Of a stretch of 29,400 bases of DNA, positions 18,812 to 27,165 are shown in pieces; the stretch's first letter is position 1, and each line of letters starts with the position of its first letter. Under the pieces are notes generated by a model, which did no database searches, was not told the origin of the DNA, and was given only the letters and a program-made list of their open reading frames with translations. The stretch comes from a virus. Its lineage: Duplodnaviria; Caudoviricetes. Position numbers and translations under genes: made by a program. The stretch is from the IMG/VR virus record IMGVR_UViG_3300037010_001239, positions 1 through 29,400 of that record; one strand, written 5' to 3'.

Positions 18812-19969
18812 TTAGTAGTTTTTTCTTATTTTTTGAGATTTCTTTATTGCTGTTGCAACTTCATCTATTTCATTTGAACCAGATTTATATATTACATCTT
18901 CAAATTCATTAGTAATACCTAATTCTTCATTTTTTGATATAGACATTAAAGAAGCTTTTGCAGGTTTAGGCATGTTTTCTAATTCATTTACTCTTTTTGC
19001 TAAATCTTCATTAATTTTTATTGTTTTTTGTAACTCTTCATTTAAAACTTCAAATTTGTTTAAATCTTCATTTACTTTTGATTTAACAACTTCTAAACCA
19101 TAACCTTTTAACAAATTAATTATTTCTTCTGATTTATTTAAGTCTGTATTTTTTTCTGAATATGCAACACTATCATCTTCATTATCAATATTAACATAAT
19201 CATTTGAACTTGTCAACTCATCAGTTTCTTCTTTTGCAGAAGCTACTAATATATTACTTAATGTTTTAATTACTTCAATTAAATCAGATGGAAGTGTTGA
19301 GTTATCTTTTTCGTATTTTTCTTCATTTTCCATACATTCTTGCAAATATGCTAATTCTTGAACAATTGAAGCAAGCCAAGCTACATCTGATAAACCTTTT
19401 TTAATATCTGTATTATCTTCTGCTTTAATAACTTCTTCAACAACAACTTCTGCTTTAACAACTTCTTTATTATCCATTATTTGTTCCTTTTCTTCATTAT
19501 CTAATATATTAATATCTTTGTCAATAGTTTCAGCTTTAAACATTGTAAAAATGGCTTCTGGATTAGCAGGACGATCAACTAATGATATTTCTACTAATTT
19601 AATTTGTTTTATAACTGATTTATTTAAATTATCTCTTTCTAAAACTTTACCACCAATACTAAAACCTTTATATGTTCCTGTTTGAACTTTTAATACAGCA
19701 ATTGGATCTACTATATGAGCACCAAACCAAGTTTTACCATCTTCACCAACTGATGCTTCAATTGCTGTACCTGCTGCATTATTACCATGCATTTCACGGA
19801 CAGCACCAAATTTCATATAATCAGGTAAAGCATTTTTTAAAGCATCAGATGTTATAGTTTCCCCATCAGAGTCAATAGAGTTAGAGCTAGCATAACCCCA
19901 TACTTTAATTGTACCATCATCTTGTTGTTCTGTTTTATTAATCTCACCGTAAATTTGTTTCATTTTCAT
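18812..19969 (-). CDS. Prohead protease with acidic coiled-coil scaffold-like C-terminus
   Basis: VWGYAS..DSDGE, VREMH, YKGFSIGG, EISLVDRPANPEA (HK97/XkdF-type protease motifs). Confidence 0.88.
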   Translation of the reverse strand: MKMKQIYGEINKTEQQDDGTIKVWGYASSNSIDSDGETITSDALKNALPDYMKFGAVREMHGNNAAGTAIEASVGEDGKTWFGAHIVDPIAVLKVQTGTYKGFSIGGKVLERDNLNKSVIKQIKLVEISLVDRPANPEAIFTMFKAETIDKDINILDNEEKEQIMDNKEVVKAEVVVEEVIKAEDNTDIKKGLSDVAWLASIVQELAYLQECMENEEKYEKDNSTLPSDLIEVIKTLSNILVASAKEETDELTSSNDYVNIDNEDDSVAYSEKNTDLNKSEEIINLLKGYGLEVVKSKVNEDLNKFEVLNEELQKTIKINEDLAKRVNELENMPKPAKASLMSISKNEELGITNEFEDVIYKSGSNEIDEVATAIKKSQKIRKNY

Positions 19970-19974
19970 TTTTT

Positions 19975-20307
19975 AACCCTTTTAGTTTGTTTTATAGTTA
20001 TTTGTACTTCTTTTAATTCATCTATATTTGTATACCCTAGAGCTTAAAGACAAAGCAATCCTATAAGATTTTTCGCTTTATCTTTTAACAATCAAAATAT
20101 ATTTATTAAAATATACCCTGTCGCAATTGACTTTATTACAGACTTTATGCAATATAAAAGCTTGGCTAAATTCACAATATCTTTTAATTACACCCTAGAC
20201 CGGCTCTATAATTCGCACACCGTTGCATCTGTCCACATTCTTATGCATTACAAGTTATGTTCGTTTGGCGTTATCCTCTGTATTCCATAACCATTTACTA
20301 CTCTTCT
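19975..20307 (-). ncRNA. Candidate structured non-coding RNA or long 5' leader
   Basis: About 340 nt with no long ORF, GC-richer than other intergenic DNA, downstream of a near-consensus promoter, several mutually compatible stems (see findings). Confidence 0.5.
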
Positions 20308-20313
20308 TAATAG

Positions 20314-20342
20314 ATTATATGGTTATATTTTAAAAAAGTCAA
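20314..20342 (-). promoter_or_regulatory. Sigma70-type promoter upstream of the leader/protease/capsid unit
   Basis: TTGACT-N17-TATAAT. Confidence 0.7.
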
Positions 20343-20365
20343 TATTTATTTTAAATATATTTAAT

Positions 20366-20614
20366 TTATTTCTTTTCTTCATTTAAAATAAAATCTTTTT
20401 TTGCTTTATTTTGATTAACACATAAAGCATATATTTTTTTATTTTCTATAATAACATTTATAAATTCAGCAGGAGTTCCAACTTTTGGTTTAATATATTC
20501 TTGGCAATCTTCCATAATTTCATTTGGAGCAATTAAAGTAGCTGTATTTACAACTTTTGGCATATTTGCACAACTAGATAATAAAAGTGTTAATAATAGG
20601 CTAATTTTAATCAT
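20366..20614 (-). CDS. o-spanin (Rz1-like lipoprotein)
   Basis: Signal peptide with lipobox LSSC, further Cys and Pro residues, ATGA overlap with the i-spanin. Confidence 0.75.
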   Translation of the reverse strand: MIKISLLLTLLLSSCANMPKVVNTATLIAPNEIMEDCQEYIKPKVGTPAEFINVIIENKKIYALCVNQNKAKKDFILNEEKK

Positions 20615-20997
20615 TTTATAGCATCCAATGAGTCGTTTAATGTTTTTAAATCAGTATTATTAATAGAGCAATCTTTACTATTTAATTGAGGATTGTCATG
20701 TATTAATTTATTAACTATTACAACCCTATCTTTATAAACTGTTTCAATCTGTTTCTCTGCTTTAACTACTTCAATTGCTTTTTGTTGAATTAAACCTTGT
20801 TTTAATGCTTGTTGTTTTAATTCTTTATCTAGTGCTATATTATCAATATTTTGTTGAAAAATAACGCCTTTATTATAACCTAAATGATGAGAGTACATAA
20901 TAGAACATATTAATAAAATTATAATAAGAATAATTTGACCTATTTTTGTTGAGAAAAAATCACTAATATATTTTAAAACTAATAAAATTATTGACAT
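20611..20997 (-). CDS. i-spanin (Rz-like)
   Basis: N-terminal TM helix, coiled coil, C-terminal Cys. TTGTTT-N17-TATAAT at 21044-21016. Confidence 0.75.
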   Translation of the reverse strand: MSIILLVLKYISDFFSTKIGQIILIIILLICSIMYSHHLGYNKGVIFQQNIDNIALDKELKQQALKQGLIQQKAIEVVKAEKQIETVYKDRVVIVNKLIHDNPQLNSKDCSINNTDLKTLNDSLDAIK

Positions 20998-21100
20998 ATT
21001 AAAACCTTTTTTATAATTATATACTATTTATATATAAAAAACAAATTTTTTTATTGTATTTTATATATTTTAATATATGATATAATAAAAAGGGTTATTT

Positions 21101-21370
21101 ATGTTTGATAATAAAATAATAGAAGCCATCACTTTATCAAGTCAAGCACATCATTTAAACTGTATGCTTGCTATATGTGAAATATTTGATTTTGTTAAAG
21201 ATGCAAATGCAAGATTTGAAAATACAATAATAAATTTTAATAAAGAAGAAGATGGCACTGTATCATTATATAATAACACTCAATTAATAGTTAATTTAGA
21301 TTTTTCATTTAGAACAAAAGAAGACATAGCAAAATTACGTCTTCTTTTAATATATTTAGATAAACTATAA
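21101..21370 (+). CDS. Hypothetical protein, antisense within the lysis module
   Basis: 89-aa ORF, AAGGG RBS, TGATATAAT extended -10 at 21078-21086. Confidence 0.65.
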   Translation: MFDNKIIEAITLSSQAHHLNCMLAICEIFDFVKDANARFENTIINFNKEEDGTVSLYNNTQLIVNLDFSFRTKEDIAKLRLLLIYLDKL

Positions 21371-21377
21371 ATAAAAA

Positions 21378-21665
21378 TTATTTAATAGGGTTTGTTGTAT
21401 ATTTTCTATTAATTATATTTAAGATGGCTATAATAATAATAGCAGTAATATAATAATTCATGTTTAATGATTTAAGATATGACAATATATCTGATGTATT
21501 GTCTGATAATTGGTTATATAATTCAAACAAAACACCAGGAACTGCAACAATAGCATTACCTATAATGGTTTTACTTTTATACCAAGCTTTTATCATTTGA
21601 TCTTCTAATTCTTGCGGTATTTCTTCTAGTGAATCTTCATTTGGTGTAACTTCATCATTTTCCAT
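21378..21665 (-). CDS. Putative holin
   Basis: KAWYKSKTI, two hydrophobic segments, basic C-terminus. Between endolysin and spanins. TTGATT-N17-TATAAT at 21717-21689. Confidence 0.65.
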   Translation of the reverse strand: MENDEVTPNEDSLEEIPQELEDQMIKAWYKSKTIIGNAIVAVPGVLFELYNQLSDNTSDILSYLKSLNMNYYITAIIIIAILNIINRKYTTNPIK

Positions 21666-21719
21666 AATTTATCCTTTTTTTATATTTTATTATAACGTGT
21701 AAAATATAAAAAATCAATA

Positions 21720-22157
21720 TTAAATTATTTCTTCTAATGTACCACCATTTCTAAAATGTTTAATTGCTTCTGTATAGTCATTAATTCTTCCAGTATATTG
21801 AAAGTGTGCCATCTCTTTAAAATGGATCCAATCATGACCCCAAAACAAACCTACCCCCCGACCAATTTGACCAATTTGACTCCATTTTGGAGAGTTCCAA
21901 TCAGCTTTACCATCAACTAACGGTACAACGTCCATCGCTACTTTAAAATTATGGAAAGAATAACCAGCACGAGCATTAGTTACTATATGTCCGGGTGTTG
22001 TTCTACCTTGGTTAAATAATGCATTTTGACTCTCAGCATCTCTATAAGTTGATGTTATTAATAAATCAATCCCTGCTTCCTTGCATTTTTCTAAAAAGTG
22101 ATTAGCATATATTTGAACGATAGGATGTAAATCTTCTATTTTTCTACTGTTTATCAT
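21720..22157 (-). CDS. Endolysin, peptidase M15 family (L-Ala-D-Glu peptidase type)
   Basis: TSTYRDAESQNALFNQGRT, VTNARAGYSFHNF..AMD, WGHDW..KEMAHFQ. Start revised to ATG 22157 (AAGGA RBS; TTGTTT-N17-TATACT at 22214-22186). Confidence 0.9.
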   Translation of the reverse strand: MINSRKIEDLHPIVQIYANHFLEKCKEAGIDLLITSTYRDAESQNALFNQGRTTPGHIVTNARAGYSFHNFKVAMDVVPLVDGKADWNSPKWSQIGQIGRGVGLFWGHDWIHFKEMAHFQYTGRINDYTEAIKHFRNGGTLEEII

Positions 22158-22202
22158 TGTTTTTATCCTTATTTTTCCTATAATTAGTATAACATAAAAA
22201 AA

Positions 22203-22292
22203 TAAATAAAACAAGTTTAAAATAATACTTGACAATATTTTAAATTGGCTTAATATATATAATATAAAAAGAGGAAAAATAAAAATGAGTAA
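22203..22292 (+). repeat. 90-bp direct repeat copy 1 (promoter, operator, RBS, start codon)
   Basis: 85/90 identical to 23348-23437 by manual alignment; TTGACA at 22229. Confidence 0.9.
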
Positions 22293-23370
22293 TAAATATA
22301 AATTAATAAAAGGTAACTCAATAGAAGAATTAAAGCAATTTCCAGATAACCATTTTGATAGTATAGTTACAGATCCACCTTATGAACTTGGTTTTATGGG
22401 TAAATCTTGGGACTCAACTAAAATTGCTTATAATGAAGAATTATGGAGTGAATGTTTTAGAGTATTAAAACCAGGTGGTCATTTAATAGCATTTTCTGGT
22501 TCAAGAACTTATCATCGTATGGCAGTAGCAATTGAAAATAGTGAGTTTGAAATACGCGATCAAATGCTATGGTTATATGGTACAGGCTTTCCAAAAAATT
22601 TAAATATTAGTAAAGCAATAGATGGTAAATTACAAGAAGTTCAAGTATATAGAGATACAAATTATGATGAAATTGATAAAAAAAGATTAGGAAAATTAAA
22701 ACCATCAACAGAAGAAGCTAAACAATGGGATGGATGGGGGACAGCTTTAAAACCAGCACATGAGCCAATGGTATTAGCAAGGAAGCCTTTATCTGAAAAA
22801 ACAGTTTCTGAAAATGTATTAAAATGGGGTGTTGGTGGATTAAATATAGATGATTGTAGAGTTGAATATAAAGATATAAAAAACGATGTAACCAATCCAA
22901 ATAATGATTTAGGTAGATGGCCAGCAAATTTAATTCATGATGGTAGTGAAGAAGTAAAAAAGATTTTTCCAAATGACAATTCAAGATTTTTTTATTGTGC
23001 AAAAGCAAGTAAAAAAGATAGAAATGATGGGTTAGATAATTTTGAATTAAAAGGTAAAATATATAATGGAAATAATACACAATCAACAGTAGATGGATTT
23101 AAAAAATTAAGTGTAGAAGATAAATTTACTACTAAACCATCAGCTAATAATCATCCAACTGTTAAACCTACTAATTTAATGGCTTATTTATGTAGATTAG
23201 TAACTCCACCTGGTGGAATTATATTAGATCCTTTTAATGGTAGTGGTAGCACTGGTAAAGCAGCAATAAGAGAAAATTTTAATTATGTTGGTATTGACTT
23301 ATCACAAGAGTATTTAGATATAAGTAAATCAAGAATAGATAATGAATTAAATAAAACAAGTTTAAAATAA
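22285..23370 (+). CDS. DNA methyltransferase, N4-C/N6-A beta class, orphan
   Basis: DSIVTDPPY near the N-terminus; HPTVKP and ILDPFNGSGSTG near the C-terminus. Confidence 0.93.
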   Translation: MSNKYKLIKGNSIEELKQFPDNHFDSIVTDPPYELGFMGKSWDSTKIAYNEELWSECFRVLKPGGHLIAFSGSRTYHRMAVAIENSEFEIRDQMLWLYGTGFPKNLNISKAIDGKLQEVQVYRDTNYDEIDKKRLGKLKPSTEEAKQWDGWGTALKPAHEPMVLARKPLSEKTVSENVLKWGVGGLNIDDCRVEYKDIKNDVTNPNNDLGRWPANLIHDGSEEVKKIFPNDNSRFFYCAKASKKDRNDGLDNFELKGKIYNGNNTQSTVDGFKKLSVEDKFTTKPSANNHPTVKPTNLMAYLCRLVTPPGGIILDPFNGSGSTGKAAIRENFNYVGIDLSQEYLDISKSRIDNELNKTSLK

Positions 23371-23437
23371 TAGTTGACAATATTTTAAATTAGTTTAAAA
23401 TATATAATATAACAAGAGGAAAAATAAAAATGAGTAA
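23348..23437 (+). repeat. 90-bp direct repeat copy 2 (promoter, operator, RBS, start codon)
   Basis: TTGACA at 23374, perfect ATATTTTAAA-N4-TTTAAAATAT palindrome at 23380-23403, overlaps the methyltransferase stop. Confidence 0.9.
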
Positions 23438-23630
23438 AAAAGTAGAACTGTTACAAGAGATTAATGAATTAGTAAAATTATTTGAATATACTAGGCATAC
23501 AAAAGAATTACTTGGTTTGAAAAGAAGATATAAAATGTTAATGTGTGAATATGTTAGTGTTATAGATAAAGAAAAACCTAAATCTAAAAAGTGTCCGTTT
23601 GATTATGAAATTAATATTCTTAAAAAATAA
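23430..23630 (+). CDS. Hypothetical protein
   Basis: 66 aa, GAGGA RBS behind the repeat promoter. Confidence 0.75.
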   Translation: MSKKVELLQEINELVKLFEYTRHTKELLGLKRRYKMLMCEYVSVIDKEKPKSKKCPFDYEINILKK

Positions 23631-23642
23631 AGGAGTATCAAA

Positions 23643-23921
23643 ATGAATAAAATTAAAGAAATATACTTAAATTATAAAATATTAATTAAATTAATAAAAT
23701 ATTTATCGTTATTAAGAGATAGTGAAAGAATAGAAATTACAAAAATGTTAGATAATAAAGACTTTAATATAATTTTAAAAGAAATAAGAGATTGTATTAA
23801 TTTAATTAAAGAAGATAATTACAAGTATAAAGATTTAGTGTTGGAGTCAATTAAACAATATATATATTCTGAGTTAATTTATAAAAAATATTATAAAGGA
23901 ATATATAATGAGTCAAATTGA
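23643..23921 (+). CDS. Hypothetical protein
   Basis: 92 aa, AAGGAG RBS. Confidence 0.7.
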   Translation: MNKIKEIYLNYKILIKLIKYLSLLRDSERIEITKMLDNKDFNIILKEIRDCINLIKEDNYKYKDLVLESIKQYIYSELIYKKYYKGIYNESN

Positions 23922-24114
23922 AGAAATAGTGAAAGAAAATAGTAAAGATAAAATAAATAAAGAAAAGGTATTAATTGATTTTGATTTATTTAAATCAATA
24001 ATTCTTAATAAAACAAATTATAGAATAAAAGAAACCCAAACAGGTATTGGTAATAATATTACTTTAATTATAAATGGAATTGAAATAGATATTACTAACT
24101 ATACAGATTGGTAA
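23908..24114 (+). CDS. Hypothetical protein
   Basis: 68 aa, AAGGA RBS, begins MSQIEEI. Confidence 0.7.
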   Translation: MSQIEEIVKENSKDKINKEKVLIDFDLFKSIILNKTNYRIKETQTGIGNNITLIINGIEIDITNYTDW

Positions 24115-24132
24115 ATTTAAAAGGAATATATT

Positions 24133-24270
24133 ATGAGTCAAATTGAAGAAATACTTAAAAATATTAAAGATGGTAGTGAAGATATAAAGGAGGTAAGTAA
24201 ATTAAATGACTCTGAAAAAATAGATTATTATATTAAAAAATACAAAGAGTCAATTAAAGAAAATAAATAA
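24133..24270 (+). CDS. 45-aa hypothetical protein (not in ORF track)
   Basis: MSQIEEILKNIKDGSED...ESIKENK, same RBS and N-terminus as the ORF at 23908. Confidence 0.65.
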   Translation: MSQIEEILKNIKDGSEDIKEVSKLNDSEKIDYYIKKYKESIKENK

Positions 24271-24273
24271 TAA

Positions 24274-24299
24274 AATAGACCTAATTTAATAGGTTTATT
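24274..24299. terminator. Terminator between convergent units
   Basis: AATAGACCTA-ATTTAA-TAGGTTTATT hairpin flanked by A and T runs. Confidence 0.65.
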
Positions 24300-24303
24300 C
24301 TTT

Positions 24304-25074
24304 TTAATAATCTTCTATCTCTTTATTATCTAACTCATTACCATCAGCATCTAATAATACTGCTAATAATGTGCATCTACATCTTGGATGTCCTGGTGGA
24401 GCATAACTACCTCCTGAAAACTCTTTATCTATATCAATTGATCCCTCACGTTCATTATGACGACATAATTGACTTACTTTTGAATCATGAGCAGTCCACC
24501 ATTTTTTCTTTTTGATACCAACAGCCTTATAACTTACTAGCCTAGCATCATTACTTGCTCTATTAGTTTCTGTTCTAGCTATCATTTCAGCACGATTAGG
24601 GCTAAAATTAAAAGAGTTTTCTAATTCTGTTGCTAATGTATCATTAGACCAACCCTCATCCATTGCTTTTTGTATTAAATCACCTAAACCAGAATTAGTA
24701 CCAATAATTATATTCATATCACCAGCTTCAGCAAACATCTCATCAACTCTTTTTGTTGCATCTTTAACTGCTTGCTTTTTAACTTGATCTATTAAAAACT
24801 CATCGTTTTTATTTAAGCTTTTTAATGCTTCGTTTCCAGATTGTATATATACTTCCTCTAATGCTACCGTAACATCATATTTAGTTATTGGTAAATTACT
24901 ATAATCTAAAAGTAATGCTGTCAATATCCATTGGTTTGTATCGCTTACATCTTCATTATCTTCTGACTTATTAATATTGCTATATTTACTTATAACATTA
25001 TTAATTATATAATGTTTTTGACTATTTAAAAATGTTTGGATTGCTTTTTGTATTTTAGTACTACCATCTTCCAT
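24304..25074 (-). CDS. MuF / SPP1 gp7-like head morphogenesis protein
   Basis: RAEMIARTE, KKWWTAHD, C..N, PPGHPRCRC. Frame is open upstream to 25122. Confidence 0.9.
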   Translation of the reverse strand: MEDGSTKIQKAIQTFLNSQKHYIINNVISKYSNINKSEDNEDVSDTNQWILTALLLDYSNLPITKYDVTVALEEVYIQSGNEALKSLNKNDEFLIDQVKKQAVKDATKRVDEMFAEAGDMNIIIGTNSGLGDLIQKAMDEGWSNDTLATELENSFNFSPNRAEMIARTETNRASNDARLVSYKAVGIKKKKWWTAHDSKVSQLCRHNEREGSIDIDKEFSGGSYAPPGHPRCRCTLLAVLLDADGNELDNKEIEDY

Positions 25075-25103
25075 AAACTTTTTATCAAATGGTAGCTCAT
25101 TAG

Positions 25104-26456
25104 TTAATAGTATCTTTTTTTTTTAAGGTCAACACTATATGCTTTTTTAGAGTTATCGTCAACAATAGATTTAACATCATTAGGTACAACAGTTGTGTCT
25201 TGTGTTAATTCTTCATCTGATAAAGGATCTAATGATAAATCTGCTCGTATTTCATTAATTTTTTTAATACCTGCTTCTACATATATTTTATCAATTTGAG
25301 CTTTAACCAATGGATCTGTTTCTAAATCTAAATTCCACTCAAATTTAATATCAGTATAACCAAAATAATTAATAATAATGCTATCAATAAGACCTTTTAC
25401 CCATTGCATGATTGGTAAAAGTCCCTCTTCTTCTGCTATTTCTTTTGAAGTTTCTGATGTTGCTCTATTCATCTCTTTAACAAAACCTTGTGGATTTATT
25501 GAGAAAGTATAGCATATAATACGGGCTAACCATTCATCAAATTCATTTTTTAAAGGCTCAGGCTTTGTATTAAAAGGTTGTACACCACTTGGAACAAATT
25601 TTGCTAATGATTTTGATTGATTTTGATTAATCTCATCCCAATATAATTGGAATTTTCTAATTTGATCTGGGTTCCATTCATTAGGCGTTGAAAATATTAA
25701 ATTTGGAGTATTACCCTCGCTATAATAAGATAGTTGCTGTAATGATTTACGGATCTGAGTATTTACAGTAACTAATATTTGCTCTACATGACTATAACCA
25801 TATAATTTATTAGTTCTTATATTTCTTGGCTTATATATTAATTCTCTATATGTATAATCTACTGCTGGAACACCCTTTAAAATTTGCTGGTATGCTGGGG
25901 AAGTATCATCAATTGGAGTACGACCATTACTATCAATTACTTTTTTAATAGTTGAACCATCAATTAACTCTAATGAAAATAATTTACCACCATTAGTCAT
26001 TCTTGGGTATAAAGTTGCTGCATCTATAACAAATAAATCTTCTAGTAAAGCACCTAACCATTCTTCAAATGTATGTTGTTTATCAGGTGAACTAAAAAAA
26101 TTATTTAATTCTTCTGTTCTACTATCATAAATAACATCTTTATTATTTTTGTTATTAATTTTAAAATCATATTTTAATTTTTTAATTTGGTCTTTACGTG
26201 TTTCAATTATAATTCTTAAGATATCACAATTATCAGCTAATAATCTTAATTCTTTAAAGCCGTGTACTTCTTCTGCACGAGGTTGTATTTGTATATTTAA
26301 TCCTGGTGTATAGTCATACTGTCTACCCTCTGCTTGTTGAGCCATTGGTTGAATTGGTTGTATTGGACTAAACCATGTATCAGGTTTAACACCCTGAACA
26401 ATATATTTTGTTGATTGAGTTAATCTTTTTAAAAAATTATCTTTCTTTTCACTCAT
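25104..26456 (-). CDS. Portal protein
   Basis: LRIIIETRKDQI, LLEDLFVIDA, AYQQILKG, YGYSHVEQ, DEWLARIIC. Between terminase and MuF. TTTACA-N17-TATAAT at 26508-26480. Confidence 0.88.
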   Translation of the reverse strand: MSEKKDNFLKRLTQSTKYIVQGVKPDTWFSPIQPIQPMAQQAEGRQYDYTPGLNIQIQPRAEEVHGFKELRLLADNCDILRIIIETRKDQIKKLKYDFKINNKNNKDVIYDSRTEELNNFFSSPDKQHTFEEWLGALLEDLFVIDAATLYPRMTNGGKLFSLELIDGSTIKKVIDSNGRTPIDDTSPAYQQILKGVPAVDYTYRELIYKPRNIRTNKLYGYSHVEQILVTVNTQIRKSLQQLSYYSEGNTPNLIFSTPNEWNPDQIRKFQLYWDEINQNQSKSLAKFVPSGVQPFNTKPEPLKNEFDEWLARIICYTFSINPQGFVKEMNRATSETSKEIAEEEGLLPIMQWVKGLIDSIIINYFGYTDIKFEWNLDLETDPLVKAQIDKIYVEAGIKKINEIRADLSLDPLSDEELTQDTTVVPNDVKSIVDDNSKKAYSVDLKKKRYY

Positions 26457-26512
26457 TTTAATTAACCTTTTTATTTATAATTATATACTATTATAATAAG
26501 TTTGTAAAGATT

Positions 26513-26574
26513 AAATAATAGTTGACAATAAATTAAATTAGTTTAAAATATATAATAATAAAAGGAGAAATAAA
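26513..26574 (+). promoter_or_regulatory. Repeated plus-strand promoter/operator with RBS
   Basis: AAATAATAGTTGACAATAAATTAAATTAGTTTAAAATATATAAT...AAGGAG. Confidence 0.8.
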
Positions 26575-26772
26575 ATGAACAGAGAAAAAAGCATTGATTA
26601 CATAACACACTTATTCCCGTTAAATACTGAGATTGGTAAAGATATTGCATATGAAACAACTGGTAAAAGAGATAGTGACTATTCAAAATATAGTGACGAC
26701 CAATTATTTAATATAGCATGTCAGCAATTGATTGAAGCTGGTGAAGAATTAAAGGATCATATTTATAAATAA
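26575..26772 (+). CDS. Hypothetical protein
   Basis: 65 aa, strong RBS behind the repeat promoter. Confidence 0.75.
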   Translation: MNREKSIDYITHLFPLNTEIGKDIAYETTGKRDSDYSKYSDDQLFNIACQQLIEAGEELKDHIYK

Positions 26773-26824
26773 GCACACTAGCCAAATATATGAGAAATAA
26801 GATATTTTAAGAATAGGAGATATA

Positions 26825-27124
26825 ATGATAAAAGAAATTACAAAAGAAGATGCTATATTCTTTAAAAATTATTCAAAGGTAGTAAAATATAATAAAAATA
26901 GAACCGATAAAAATATTGAATTAATTAATGATATAGTTTTATGCACAAAAGATAAACACATAAATGAAATGATGGATATAATGGAATATGCTATTTTAGA
27001 AAAAGATTATACTAAAAAATATTTAGATCTTTATAAGAGTAAATATGATAACATTATATTATATTTTAAATTAAAAGGTGAGTTATCTTTAAATACAGTA
27101 GAAAAAATTAAACATAAAATTTAA
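26825..27124 (+). CDS. Hypothetical protein ending LKGELSLNTVEKIKHKI
   Basis: 99 aa, AGGAG RBS, divergent copy of the shared C-terminal tail. Confidence 0.7.
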   Translation: MIKEITKEDAIFFKNYSKVVKYNKNRTDKNIELINDIVLCTKDKHINEMMDIMEYAILEKDYTKKYLDLYKSKYDNIILYFKLKGELSLNTVEKIKHKI

Positions 27125-27165
27125 GTTACTCTTATCGATTTAATAATTGAGTAACGGGGGGAAAC

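Noticed and set aside
19975-20310. Non-coding gap as a DGR template repeat or CRISPR mini-array
   Set aside because: No reverse transcriptase or cas gene in the window, no visible match to the fibre 3' end, and no regularly spaced repeats.
22158-22235. Hydrophobic N-terminal extension of the endolysin, resembling a SAR or signal anchor
   Set aside because: It runs through the promoter and repeat region. ATG 22157 has an RBS and a promoter upstream, so the extension is probably not translated.
644-23086. ORF-track entries 644-856, 1252-1449, 7960-8142, 11518-11883, 11866-12072, 13213-13431, 14693-14884, 19672-19857, 22662-22895 and 22718-23086
   Set aside because: They overlap well-supported genes antisense or out of frame, have no recognisable motifs, and look like shadow ORFs.
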